From the NCBI GenBank assembly GCA_003978395.1, contig QNZV01000139.1:1-60001 (forward strand): 60,001 bases of DNA, written 5' to 3'. This stretch comes from Sulfurovum sp. Lineage in GTDB: Bacteria; Campylobacterota; Campylobacteria; Campylobacterales; Sulfurovaceae. Made by a program: the position numbers and the translations under genes. Below are positions 49,905-60,001 of the stretch, one piece after another. The notes below the pieces were generated by a model. It worked only from the letters and a program-made list of their open reading frames with translations. It made no database searches and had not been told where the DNA came from. The number at the start of each line of letters is the position of its first letter. Position 1 is the stretch's first letter.

Positions 49905-50066
49905 TTTCTATTCTTTATAGGATATTTCGTTTAAAAATATGATGTTTTTTTTCAAAAAACAGTTATATTGTTTATATTATAGCAAAAATCATAGCAAAGT
50001 TATTGAGAAATAATAGGTAGTTTGTTATAATCCGTGATAAAAAATATCTTGATAAAGAAGTAATGA

Positions 50067-50888
50067 GTGTTAAAATATAAATTTATAGAGTCAATGGTTA
50101 GCGAAGATATAGGTCGTGGAGACCTTTTTTCTCGTATTTCCCAATCTAAAGAGGTTCGTGCGTATATTCTTGCAAAGAGTGATGGTCTATTTGCAGGAAA
50201 AGAGTATATTGATGTTTTGGCAAAAATATATGATTTGGAACTGCTTTGGAAAGTAGAGGATGGTTCTTCTTTTTCAGCAGGAGAGAAGCTTTTGTATATC
50301 TCTGGAGACTCCAAAGCTATACTCTCATTGGAACGTTCTATTTTAGATATTGCACTACACGCCTCTTCTATTGCTACACTTACTGGAAAATTTGTCTCTA
50401 AAATAACTCCTTTTGGGGTTAAACTATTGGATACTCGAAAAACAAGACCATTGCTCAGAGAGTTTGAAAAGTATGCTGTACGTTGTGGAGGTGGTATCAA
50501 TCATAGAATGGGCTTAGATGATTGTCTTATGTTAAAAGATACCCATTTAAAGACCATTGATAATTTGGAAATTTTTATGCAAGAGGTTCGTCAGAAGATA
50601 CCATTTACTTCAAAGGTAGAGATAGAGTGTGAAGATATTTATGGAGTAAAAGAGGCTATGAGTGCAGGGGCAGATATTGTTATGTGTGATAATATGAGTA
50701 ATGATGCTATTTGTGAAGTTGTTGCTTTTAGAGATAAAAATTATCCACATATTTTACTAGAAGCTAGTGGAAATGTCACGTTAGAGACAATTGAAGAGAT
50801 TGCAAAAACAGGTGTCGATGCTATCTCATCAGGCTCTTTGGTTCATCAAGCAAATTGGATTGATTTGTCGATGAAAATGGAAGGTTAA
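50067..50888 (+). CDS. nadC: Nicotinate-nucleotide diphosphorylase (carboxylating)
   Basis: LDTRKT.P, NHRMGL.D...KDTH, EASGNV, TGVDAISSG. Confidence 0.95.
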   Translation: MLKYKFIESMVSEDIGRGDLFSRISQSKEVRAYILAKSDGLFAGKEYIDVLAKIYDLELLWKVEDGSSFSAGEKLLYISGDSKAILSLERSILDIALHASSIATLTGKFVSKITPFGVKLLDTRKTRPLLREFEKYAVRCGGGINHRMGLDDCLMLKDTHLKTIDNLEIFMQEVRQKIPFTSKVEIECEDIYGVKEAMSAGADIVMCDNMSNDAICEVVAFRDKNYPHILLEASGNVTLETIEEIAKTGVDAISSGSLVHQANWIDLSMKMEG

Positions 50889-50901
50889 GTCGTATACTCT
50901 G

Positions 50902-51846
50902 ATGATTAAAGAAGTTCAAAAACTTATTAACAACTACAACAAAGTTACAATTATTACTCATCTAAATCCTGATGCAGATACTATTGGTACAGCATTGGGG
51001 ATTTATGGGCTTCTTAAAAATAGTGGTAAGCAGGTAGAAGTTGTGAATCAAGGCTCTAATTTGCCTATGAATTTGGATTTTTTACCCTATTTTTCCAAAA
51101 TAAAAAATAAAATGAATTATACTAATAGTTTAATTGTCTCTTGTGATACAGGTAGTATAGATAGGCTTGGTTTCGATTTGCAAGGAAGAGCTATTTTAAA
51201 TATAGACCATCATAAGAGCAATACCCATTTTGGTCTAATTAATATTATTAAATCAGATTTTGTTTCAGCTTCTCAGGTAGCGTATGAGCTTTTTAAAGAG
51301 GAGTATACGATTACAAAAGAGGTGGCAACATGCTTTTACACAGCATTGGTTTCAGATACACAATATTTTACTACATTAAATGTCTCTACAGAGGTATTTG
51401 ATATTGCCTCTGAAATGATGAGTTATGGTGTTGATATTTCTAATGTTGTTAGAAATCTGAATCAACGTCGCTCTTTGGCATCTCTACGGATTCTATCTTC
51501 TACTTTAAATACTTTGGAGCTTTATGAAGATGGTACATTAGCCATAATGCTCTCTAGTCGAGATAAAATGTTAGAGGCAGGAGCAGGTATATTAGATACC
51601 GTTGGAATTATAGATTATGGAATTTCACTGATAACAGTAAAGATTGCTATTATTTTAATAGAGTTAGATGGTATTATTCGTGTATCTTTACGAAGTAAGT
51701 GTGTAGATGTCTCCACCTTGGCTATCTTTTTTGGTGGAGGTGGTCACCATAATGTGGCTGGATTTGAATTGTCCGATACAACAGTAGAGGAGTTAAAAGA
51801 GATGATAAAAAAAGAAATTAAAGAAAGAGGATTATTAAATGCGTAG
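50902..51846 (+). CDS. DHH/DHHA1 phosphoesterase (NrnA-like)
   Basis: H.NPDAD, IDHH, SDT, SLRS, GGGGH. Confidence 0.9.
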   Translation: MIKEVQKLINNYNKVTIITHLNPDADTIGTALGIYGLLKNSGKQVEVVNQGSNLPMNLDFLPYFSKIKNKMNYTNSLIVSCDTGSIDRLGFDLQGRAILNIDHHKSNTHFGLINIIKSDFVSASQVAYELFKEEYTITKEVATCFYTALVSDTQYFTTLNVSTEVFDIASEMMSYGVDISNVVRNLNQRRSLASLRILSSTLNTLELYEDGTLAIMLSSRDKMLEAGAGILDTVGIIDYGISLITVKIAIILIELDGIIRVSLRSKCVDVSTLAIFFGGGGHHNVAGFELSDTTVEELKEMIKKEIKERGLLNA

Positions 51847-53242
51847 AAGAAGATATAGTTATGGTAGAAAAAAAAGTTCAAACAGTTTAGGAATAATTAT
51901 TTTGGGACTTTTGATAGGAGCAGGAGCTTTTATTTTCACTTCAAAAGGGTTTGAACGGAATAAACCTGTGATTCACAGTGAAGATTTTATCTATTGGAAT
52001 AGAAAGAGTCCATTACAAATTAAAATTTCTGATGATACTGCTTTGAAATCATATAGAGTGTATATTAATGATGGAACAAACAATATTGAAGTTGCAAATG
52101 ATGTTATTTCTGAAAATATTCAAGAAAAAACAATTAATATTACCTATCCTAAAAAGGCTATAGGTGGGGTTAGACTAAACCCAAGAGCGAATAAATTGCA
52201 GATTACTTTAGATGTAAATGACAAGAGTAACTGGAACTTTTTTCAAGGAAATAGTGTAACCAAGGTTCTAAATGTAGAGGTTGATTATAAGCGTCCAGAT
52301 ATTAATGTCTTGTCTAACTCTTACTCTGTTACTCGTGGTGGAGTAGGTTTGGTTATTTTTCAAGTGAAAGACAAATCTCTAAAAAGCTTTTATGTTGAAG
52401 CATCAGGAAACCGATTTAAGGCACAACCTTATAAAAAGGCAGGTTATTATGCAACACTTATTGTTTGGCCATTTGATAAAGAAAACTTTTCTGCGAATAT
52501 CGTAGCTGAAGATAAAGCAGGTAATAGACGAGTGTTTAATATTCCTTTTTATCTTATGTCTAAAAAGTATAAGACATCATGGATGCAAGCAAAAGATAAA
52601 TTTATTGATGGAAAAATTTCTGATTTAATTGCATCTGACCCTGATTATTCAATTATTGATGATAGATTAGAAAAGTTAAAAACTATTAATGAGACCATGA
52701 GATTAAAAAATGAAGAGTTGATTCACTCTTTAAGTAAAAAAGTTTCAGATGAATTATTAGAAGAGTGGAAGATTAAAAAGTTTTATCCTCTTAAAAATGC
52801 AGCTAAAGTAGCTTCTTTTGGAGACGATAGACACTATTATTATAATAATAAAGATAATGAAGTTTCTCACTCTAAGCACGTTGGATTGGATTTAGCCAGT
52901 ACCAAGATGGCAAAAATTGTGACTTCAAATGCAGGTAAAGTGGTCTATTCTGATTATAATGGAATTTATGGAAATATGCCAATGATTGACCATGGTTTAG
53001 GACTCTATACTCTCTATGGACACTGTTCAAATATACTTGTTAAAACAGGCGATGATGTTTCTGCTGGTTTTGCGATTGCTCAAACAGGTAAATCTGGTTT
53101 GGCTCTTGGAGACCACTTACACTTTGGTGTATTGGTTCAAGGAGTTGAAGTTCGCCCCGAAGAGTGGATGGATAGAAAATGGATTCGTGATAATATTGAT
53201 AAAGTCTTTAAATCAGCTGATAAGATTATTGAGGGGGAGTAG
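51839..53242 (+). CDS. M23 family peptidoglycan peptidase
   Basis: N-terminal TM helix; HVGLD, YGN...IDHG, HLHF. Confidence 0.9.
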   Translation: MRRRRYSYGRKKSSNSLGIIILGLLIGAGAFIFTSKGFERNKPVIHSEDFIYWNRKSPLQIKISDDTALKSYRVYINDGTNNIEVANDVISENIQEKTINITYPKKAIGGVRLNPRANKLQITLDVNDKSNWNFFQGNSVTKVLNVEVDYKRPDINVLSNSYSVTRGGVGLVIFQVKDKSLKSFYVEASGNRFKAQPYKKAGYYATLIVWPFDKENFSANIVAEDKAGNRRVFNIPFYLMSKKYKTSWMQAKDKFIDGKISDLIASDPDYSIIDDRLEKLKTINETMRLKNEELIHSLSKKVSDELLEEWKIKKFYPLKNAAKVASFGDDRHYYYNNKDNEVSHSKHVGLDLASTKMAKIVTSNAGKVVYSDYNGIYGNMPMIDHGLGLYTLYGHCSNILVKTGDDVSAGFAIAQTGKSGLALGDHLHFGVLVQGVEVRPEEWMDRKWIRDNIDKVFKSADKIIEGE

Positions 53243-53282
53243 CTCTACTCTCTCTTTTCGAAGAGCCAACTTTTTGGCTCTA

Positions 53283-53831
53283 TTATCTCCTAGCATATTT
53301 TCCTCCTTCTGTAACTCTTCTTCCCCATTTAAAATGTTTACTATAATAGTTTGAATTTAGACTGCTAATAACTACACGATGTTTAGCTGAAGAGGCATGA
53401 ATAAACGCTCCATTTCCCAAATAGATTCCTACATGACTAACTCTTGAACTTTTTTTAGAGTCAAAAAAGATTAAATCTCCTTTTTCTAAATAGTTTCGTG
53501 GAACAATTTTTCCTGTTTTGGCTTGGTCTCTTGATACACGAGGAATGTTTATTCCATATTGTGCAAAAACAGCTTTGGTAAATCCTGAACAGTCAAATGT
53601 GTATGGACCATTTGCTCCCCATTCATAGGTTTTTCCAAGATGTGATTTGGCTGTTCTTTCGATTTGAGTGGTTAAAAATCTATTGTTTCTAAGATTGTGA
53701 TTTTGATAGTTGACAGAACGATTTTGGTTATAAGAGTGATAACTGTAAGTACTACTATAGGTATTATCTGTATTTTTTTGAACACAACCTGATATTAGTA
53801 GAATAGAAGATATTAATATTAAATTTTTCAT
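53283..53831 (-). CDS. NlpC/P60 lipoprotein
   Basis: Lipobox LISGC; YEWGA...FDCSG, HVGIY, FIHAS. Confidence 0.93.
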   Translation of the reverse strand: MKNLILISSILLISGCVQKNTDNTYSSTYSYHSYNQNRSVNYQNHNLRNNRFLTTQIERTAKSHLGKTYEWGANGPYTFDCSGFTKAVFAQYGINIPRVSRDQAKTGKIVPRNYLEKGDLIFFDSKKSSRVSHVGIYLGNGAFIHASSAKHRVVISSLNSNYYSKHFKWGRRVTEGGKYARR

Positions 53832-54013
53832 ATTGCATTCCTTATTGTTAGATAATATTTTTTATTATAATTGAAGTATAATCTTTCAGCTATAAATTGA
53901 AGCTTAAAATTATATTTTATAATTTATAAATATTTAAGATTATAAGAAATAAATGTAAATAGATTGTAGAGCAGATGTAGAATAATTGTGGAATTAATTT
54001 GAGAAAATATAAA

Positions 54014-54031
54014 TGTCGGCGAAAGCCGACA
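54014..54031 (-). terminator. groEL terminator hairpin
   Basis: TGTCGGC-gaaa-GCCGACA about 30 bp after the groEL stop; T-rich on the minus strand. Confidence 0.65.
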
Positions 54032-54058
54032 CAAAAGAGAAGAGATGTAGTGTTAAAA

Positions 54059-55959
<1,901 letters not shown>

Positions 55960-55988
55960 TTGGTTCTCCTTCTATGATTTTTTTTTGA

Positions 55989-56017
55989 ATCATATTGTTT
56001 TTTCTGTTAAAAGTCAA
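55989..56017 (-). promoter_or_regulatory. groESL sigma70 promoter
   Basis: Minus strand TTGACT-17-TATGAT. Confidence 0.7.
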
Positions 56018-56040
56018 TAGGTTTAGTTAAAAAATAGAAT

Positions 56041-56067
56041 AAACTTTAGCCATTTACACTAAAGTTT
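56041..56067. promoter_or_regulatory. HAIR-like (HspR) operator
   Basis: AAACTTTAGC-catttac-ACTAAAGTTT, matching CTTGAGT-N7-ACTCAAG geometry, upstream of groES. Confidence 0.7.
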
Positions 56068-56107
56068 AGAAAAAGATGAAAATATACAAAATAAAATCTA
56101 AAATAGC

Positions 56108-56136
56108 TTGACAATATATACTTTTTCAGCTAAAAT
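56108..56136 (+). promoter_or_regulatory. tRNA promoter
   Basis: TTGACA-17-TAAAAT, 22 bp before the tRNA. Confidence 0.75.
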
Positions 56137-56158
56137 TTCAGCTCTTCAAAACATGTGT

Positions 56159-56235
56159 GGTAAGGTAGCTCAGCTGGTTAGAGCGCTGGTCTCATAAGCC
56201 GGAGGTCGAGGGTTCGAGTCCCTCTCTTACTACCA
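56159..56235 (+). tRNA. tRNA-Met (CAT), non-initiator type
   Basis: 77-nt cloverleaf: acceptor GGTAAGG/TCTTACT, D arm GCTC/GAGC, anticodon loop CT-CAT-AA, TTCGAGT loop, encoded CCA; Ile2 not excluded. Confidence 0.93.
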
Positions 56236-56489
56236 CCTATTGATTTAACTTCCCCAAGCAACTATTTCAGATAATAACTTTAATACATTTGTGTATGTAG
56301 AGTAGTAATATTAGTAGTTATTTGGTATATAAATTAACTTTTTCTAAGAAAGATTATGAGAGTGATGAATATTGGTAAGTATAAAAATAAAAAACAAATT
56401 TGATATTAAAAAATCAAGCTCTAACTTTTCTTATGAGTTCTATATCATATGGAGAGTGAAAAAGCTTGATATTTAGATTGTAAAAACAA

Positions 56490-57830
56490 TTAGCGTGGAA
56501 TTCCCCCACCTTGTGCCTGTTTCATCATCTCTTGCATCTGTTTCATACCACCTTTTCCCGAAAGCTGTTTTGCCATTTTACCTGCATTTTTAAACTGCTT
56601 CAAGACACGATTTACATGCATTTGACTCATCCCTGCACCTGCGGCAAGTCTTCTTTTTCGTGTATTATTGAGAAGGTCTGGATTTTCACGCTCTTTTTTT
56701 GTCATTGAACTAATCAATGCCTTAATCTGCTTAATCTCTTGGGAGTTTTCCAAATCCATATCGCCAATCTGTTTTGCCATACCACCCATACCTGGAATCA
56801 TTCCCATGATTGATTTCATAGAACCCAATTTTTTCATGGACTCCATCTGCTCTAAAAAGTCATTGAAGTTAAATTTACCTTTTTTGATTTTTTTAGAGAG
56901 CTGTTTCGCCTGTTTTGCATCAATAATATTTGCTGTTCGTTCTGCCAAAGACTCTAAATCCCCTGCACCCATCAAACGCGATACAATTCTATCAGGAATA
57001 AACTGCTCTAGGTCTGGCATTTTTTCTCCAGCACCAATAAATCGTAATGGAACACCAACTTGATGAGCAATACCCATAGCTACACCACCTTTTGAATCCC
57101 CATCAAATTTACTAAGAACAACCCCTGTAATTCCAATTTTTTCTTTAAAAGTCTTAGCTGTACGAACGGCATCCATCCCTGTCATAGCATCTGCAACATA
57201 AAAAAGCTCATCAGGATTTGCCATTTTTTTAATACTTGCCAACTCATCCATCAACTCATCATCAATCGCCAAACGACCTGCTGTATCAATAAGGACTACA
57301 TCATAAAGCTCTTTTTCAGCCTTTTTAATCGCCTCTTTGACAATTTGATTTGGTGTTTTATTTTCATCTGCTACCAAAGTCACATCTATCTGCTCACAAA
57401 TCTGACGCAACTGCTCTACTGCTGCTAAACGTTGTAAATCCCCTGCAACAATAAGAACTTTTTTCTTCTTTTGTTCTTTTAAAAAGTATGCTAATTTACC
57501 TGTAGTAGTCGTTTTACCCGACCCTTGCAGACCAATCATCAATACTATAGTTGGTGGCTTAGAGGCAAAAACAAATCCTTGATTTCCTTTTGCAGTAAGA
57601 ATTCGTATTAAATCTTTCTCTAATGCTTTTAAAAAGCTCTCTTTTCCAACATTTCCCTTAACCTCTTTTTCAACATTGGCTAAAAGTTCTTTAACTACTT
57701 TATGGTGGACATCAGCTTTAAGAAGTGATTTTTTAAGTTCTACAAGTGCTTTTTTAAGGGCTTTATCATCATCATAAAAACGAATCTTATCTATAGCACC
57801 TTTAAAACTGTTGGTTAGTGTATCAAACAT
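56490..57830 (-). CDS. ffh: Signal recognition particle protein
   Basis: GLQGSGKTT, DTAGR, SKFDGDSKGG, Met-rich M domain. Confidence 0.98.
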   Translation of the reverse strand: MFDTLTNSFKGAIDKIRFYDDDKALKKALVELKKSLLKADVHHKVVKELLANVEKEVKGNVGKESFLKALEKDLIRILTAKGNQGFVFASKPPTIVLMIGLQGSGKTTTTGKLAYFLKEQKKKKVLIVAGDLQRLAAVEQLRQICEQIDVTLVADENKTPNQIVKEAIKKAEKELYDVVLIDTAGRLAIDDELMDELASIKKMANPDELFYVADAMTGMDAVRTAKTFKEKIGITGVVLSKFDGDSKGGVAMGIAHQVGVPLRFIGAGEKMPDLEQFIPDRIVSRLMGAGDLESLAERTANIIDAKQAKQLSKKIKKGKFNFNDFLEQMESMKKLGSMKSIMGMIPGMGGMAKQIGDMDLENSQEIKQIKALISSMTKKERENPDLLNNTRKRRLAAGAGMSQMHVNRVLKQFKNAGKMAKQLSGKGGMKQMQEMMKQAQGGGIPR

Positions 57831-57967
57831 ATTATCTCTTTATATACAGGTATTTTATTGTTGTGATTATAGCTAATTGGGCTTAAATCGTTCAAAATAT
57901 TATTTATTTCCAGAATGTGTAAATATTTGTGTTATAATTTTTCAGAACATCTAAGGACAGTTATATT

Positions 57968-58645
57968 ATGAAACACTATGGAATAGAGATTTTTGAAGAG
58001 TTAGACCAAAGCTTTGAACAGAAGTTTTTAGAGTATGGAAAGATTGTCTCTTTTAAAAAAAGAGAGACTCCCTTTTGTAGTGATGAACTTTCTAAATATT
58101 TTTACATTGTACTTAAAGGTAAACTAAAAAGTTTTCAAATGAACCTAGATAATGGGAAAGAGCAAACACTATTTGTCTATCGTGCAGGGGATATGTTTGA
58201 TACGTTAGTACTGCTTGATGGAAAGCCTCATGATGTTCTTTATGAAGCTTTAGAGAGAACAGATGCGTTACAATTGCCTATAGAAAAGGTACGTGAATGG
58301 TTACGAACAAGTGAACAGTTTAATAGGCATTTTTTTCCATACATTGCTTCTCAGATGCGTCATGCTGAGACGTTGGCTTCTGATTTATCACTCTATAATA
58401 CTTCGCAAAGACTCTCAAAATTACTATTACAAAATATGAATCCCAATGATGCCCATTACTATCAACTCCTTCAAAATCTTTCTAAAACAGAAATTGCCAA
58501 ACTCTTGGGAACGGTTAGAAATGTTGTTGAACGGCATCTCAAAGAGTTAGAGGCTGAAGGGGTTGTTGAAAACAGTCGTAAAAATATCTATGTAAAAGAT
58601 GTAAAAGCACTTCTTGAAGACTCTGAACAACTTCTTTTGAATTAA
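57968..58645 (+). CDS. Crp/Fnr family transcriptional regulator
   Basis: cNMP-like barrel (YIVLKGKLK...GKEQTL...GDMF); C-terminal HTH EIAKLLGTVRNVVERHL; no FNR Cys cluster. Confidence 0.92.
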   Translation: MKHYGIEIFEELDQSFEQKFLEYGKIVSFKKRETPFCSDELSKYFYIVLKGKLKSFQMNLDNGKEQTLFVYRAGDMFDTLVLLDGKPHDVLYEALERTDALQLPIEKVREWLRTSEQFNRHFFPYIASQMRHAETLASDLSLYNTSQRLSKLLLQNMNPNDAHYYQLLQNLSKTEIAKLLGTVRNVVERHLKELEAEGVVENSRKNIYVKDVKALLEDSEQLLLN

Positions 58646-58679
58646 AAATTTTCTAAAAATCTATTCAAAATTCCTTTAA

Positions 58680-58723
58680 TGCCACTAAAGTGGCACTCTT
58701 TTTTCTCCTACATGCTTTATACT
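58680..58723 (+). promoter_or_regulatory. Crp-type site plus -10 element upstream of the hsp20 cluster
   Basis: TGCCA-CTAAAG-TGGCA (58680-58695) centred about 30 bp upstream of TATACT (58718-58723). Confidence 0.6.
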
Positions 58724-58778
58724 TCTCTCATGTTTAAGCCATAGTGTTTAAATTAATAGATTATTTAAAGGATAAAAA

Positions 58779-59213
58779 ATGATAGTAAGAAGATATGAAC
58801 CTTTTAATGACATTAGAAAAAGTTTTGACCTTGTCAATGCGATTATTAACTCTGTAGGAGAAGCGAGACACGAAGAGGATAGCGTTGATTTTCGTCCTAA
58901 AGTGAATACTCGTGAGACAGAAGAGAGTTACCATATTGAGGTTGAACTACCTGGTGTTAAAAAAGAGGAAGTTAATATTGAGATAGATGGAAATGTATTG
59001 AGTATTTCAGGTGAAAGAAGTGTAAAAAAAGAACATAAAGATGAGAACTATCACAAAGTAGAGAGCCATTTTGGTCGTTTTTCTCGAAGTTTTACTTTGC
59101 CTGAAAAAGTAGAGGTTTCAAAAATTGAAGCAGAATTTTTGAATGGTATATTAGAGGTGGAGATTCCTAAATTAAAAATAGATAATTTAAGTAGAAAAAT
59201 TACAATTAAATAA
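58779..59213 (+). CDS. Hsp20/alpha-crystallin small heat-shock protein 1
   Basis: ELPGV, ISGER, GRFSRSFTLP, NGILEV.IPK, ITIK tail. Confidence 0.95.
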   Translation: MIVRRYEPFNDIRKSFDLVNAIINSVGEARHEEDSVDFRPKVNTRETEESYHIEVELPGVKKEEVNIEIDGNVLSISGERSVKKEHKDENYHKVESHFGRFSRSFTLPEKVEVSKIEAEFLNGILEVEIPKLKIDNLSRKITIK

Positions 59214-59223
59214 GGAGCTAACG

Positions 59224-59664
59224 ATGAGTATTACAAAAGAGAAAATCATTGAGAATGGAAAAGAGTTGGTCTCTACCGTTGAAGAGAAGATTGAACAAGG
59301 CGTTGAAGTTGTCAAAGAGACGCTAGGCAATGTAGCAAGACATCTTCCTTTGGCAAATTTTGCGAAACACAGTACAGATACCTATGATATTGAGATTGAT
59401 TTACCAGGGGTTGAGAAGAGTGAGATTGAGCTGAAAATCGAAGATGATTATCTGATTGTACAGGCATTAAGACGCACTAAAAAAGAGATTAATGAAGAGG
59501 ACTACTATTTGCTAGAGAGTAGTTATGGATTGATTTCAAGAAGTTTTGTCTTGCCTAAAGATGCAGATAGAGAAAAAATCTCGGCAAATTATGAAGATGG
59601 ACGATTGTACATCACTTTAGAGAAAGAAGAGGCTAAAAAAGCACGAAGCATTAGTATCAAATAA
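59224..59664 (+). CDS. Hsp20 small heat-shock protein 2
   Basis: DLPGVEK, YG..SRSF.LP, YEDGRL.I.L.K, ISIK tail. Confidence 0.92.
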   Translation: MSITKEKIIENGKELVSTVEEKIEQGVEVVKETLGNVARHLPLANFAKHSTDTYDIEIDLPGVEKSEIELKIEDDYLIVQALRRTKKEINEEDYYLLESSYGLISRSFVLPKDADREKISANYEDGRLYITLEKEEAKKARSISIK

Positions 59665-59678
59665 AAGAGGAGTCAAAA

Positions 59679-60001
59679 GTGTTAAAAAAAATATTATTAA
59701 TAGGAGTATTGAGTGGCTTATCACTGGTATCGGTTCATGCTGATACCACTATAAGCAACTATAACGCATTTGAAAAAACAGAGATGTTCAAACATTTTGA
59801 ACGCTTACAAAAAGAGATGGATAGGGTTTTTGAAGATTTCAATAAAGATATGTTCAAAGGATTTAACTCCAACTTAACCCAAGGTCTTAACTTTTCACCC
59901 AGTACAGATTTAGAAGATAAAGGGGATAGTTATGAACTCAAAATGGACATTCCAGGGATGGATGACAACGATATTAAGATTGAGATAAAAGATAATTATT
60001 T
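59679..60001 (+). CDS. Hsp20 family protein 3 with signal peptide (truncated by the window end; absent from the ORF track)
   Basis: GAGGAG then GTG; MLKKILLIGVLSGLSLVSVHA-DTT...LQKEMDRVFEDF...FSPSTDLEDKGDSYELKMDIPGMDDNDIKIEIKDNY; open to the window edge. Confidence 0.85.
   Translation, partial: MLKKILLIGVLSGLSLVSVHADTTISNYNAFEKTEMFKHFERLQKEMDRVFEDFNKDMFKGFNSNLTQGLNFSPSTDLEDKGDSYELKMDIPGMDDNDIKIEIKDNY

Noticed and set aside
49905-50066. tmRNA near smpB; also 6S RNA after the ZapA-like gene and SRP RNA near ffh
   Set aside because: The gaps are short, AT-rich and lack the diagnostic motifs or tRNA-like ends
53832-54013. Long AT-rich intergenic stretches (also 11791-11990 and 38015-38147) as hidden genes
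   Set aside because: No ORF with an RBS or stable structure; consistent with promoter regions
55960-56100. CIRCE (HrcA) element upstream of groES
   Set aside because: No TTAGCACTC-N9-GAGTGCTAA match; the palindrome fits HAIR geometry instead
56159-56235. Initiator tRNA-fMet
   Set aside because: Lacks the three consecutive G-C pairs in the anticodon stem and the C1-A72 mismatch

Overview
AT-rich chromosomal window from a Campylobacterota bacterium, probably Sulfurovum-like. The taxon is inferred from gene content, synteny such as uvrB-pilin-priA-ispG and alaS..maf..PBP1A, and TGn-TATAAT promoters. It is mostly housekeeping: trxA, trxB, dapB, purF, hisIE, ilvE, bioF, alaS, rpsP-khpA-rimM-trmD-rplS, ppk1, uvrB, priA, ispG, dnaB, smpB, nadC, groES/EL, ffh, cell-wall enzymes and one tRNA-Met(CAT). 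Unusual elements: (1) a 433-aa LAGLIDADG intein in DnaB; (2) a 98-bp REP doublet read in frame inside priA, with a related solo hairpin after trxA and two GTAG-type REPs abutting ribosome-binding sites; (3) a Crp/Fnr regulator, a TGCCA-N6-TGGCA class II-positioned site and three tandem Hsp20 genes, the third with a Sec signal peptide; (4) probable ATC start codons for priA and the rhomboid gene; (5) a structured leader ahead of rpsP, with ffh displaced about 28 kb away on the opposite strand; (6) a duplicated type IV pilin cluster and a RelE/Phd toxin-antitoxin pair. No CRISPR array, prophage, transposase or rRNA was seen. All calls come from reading the sequence; no searches were run.
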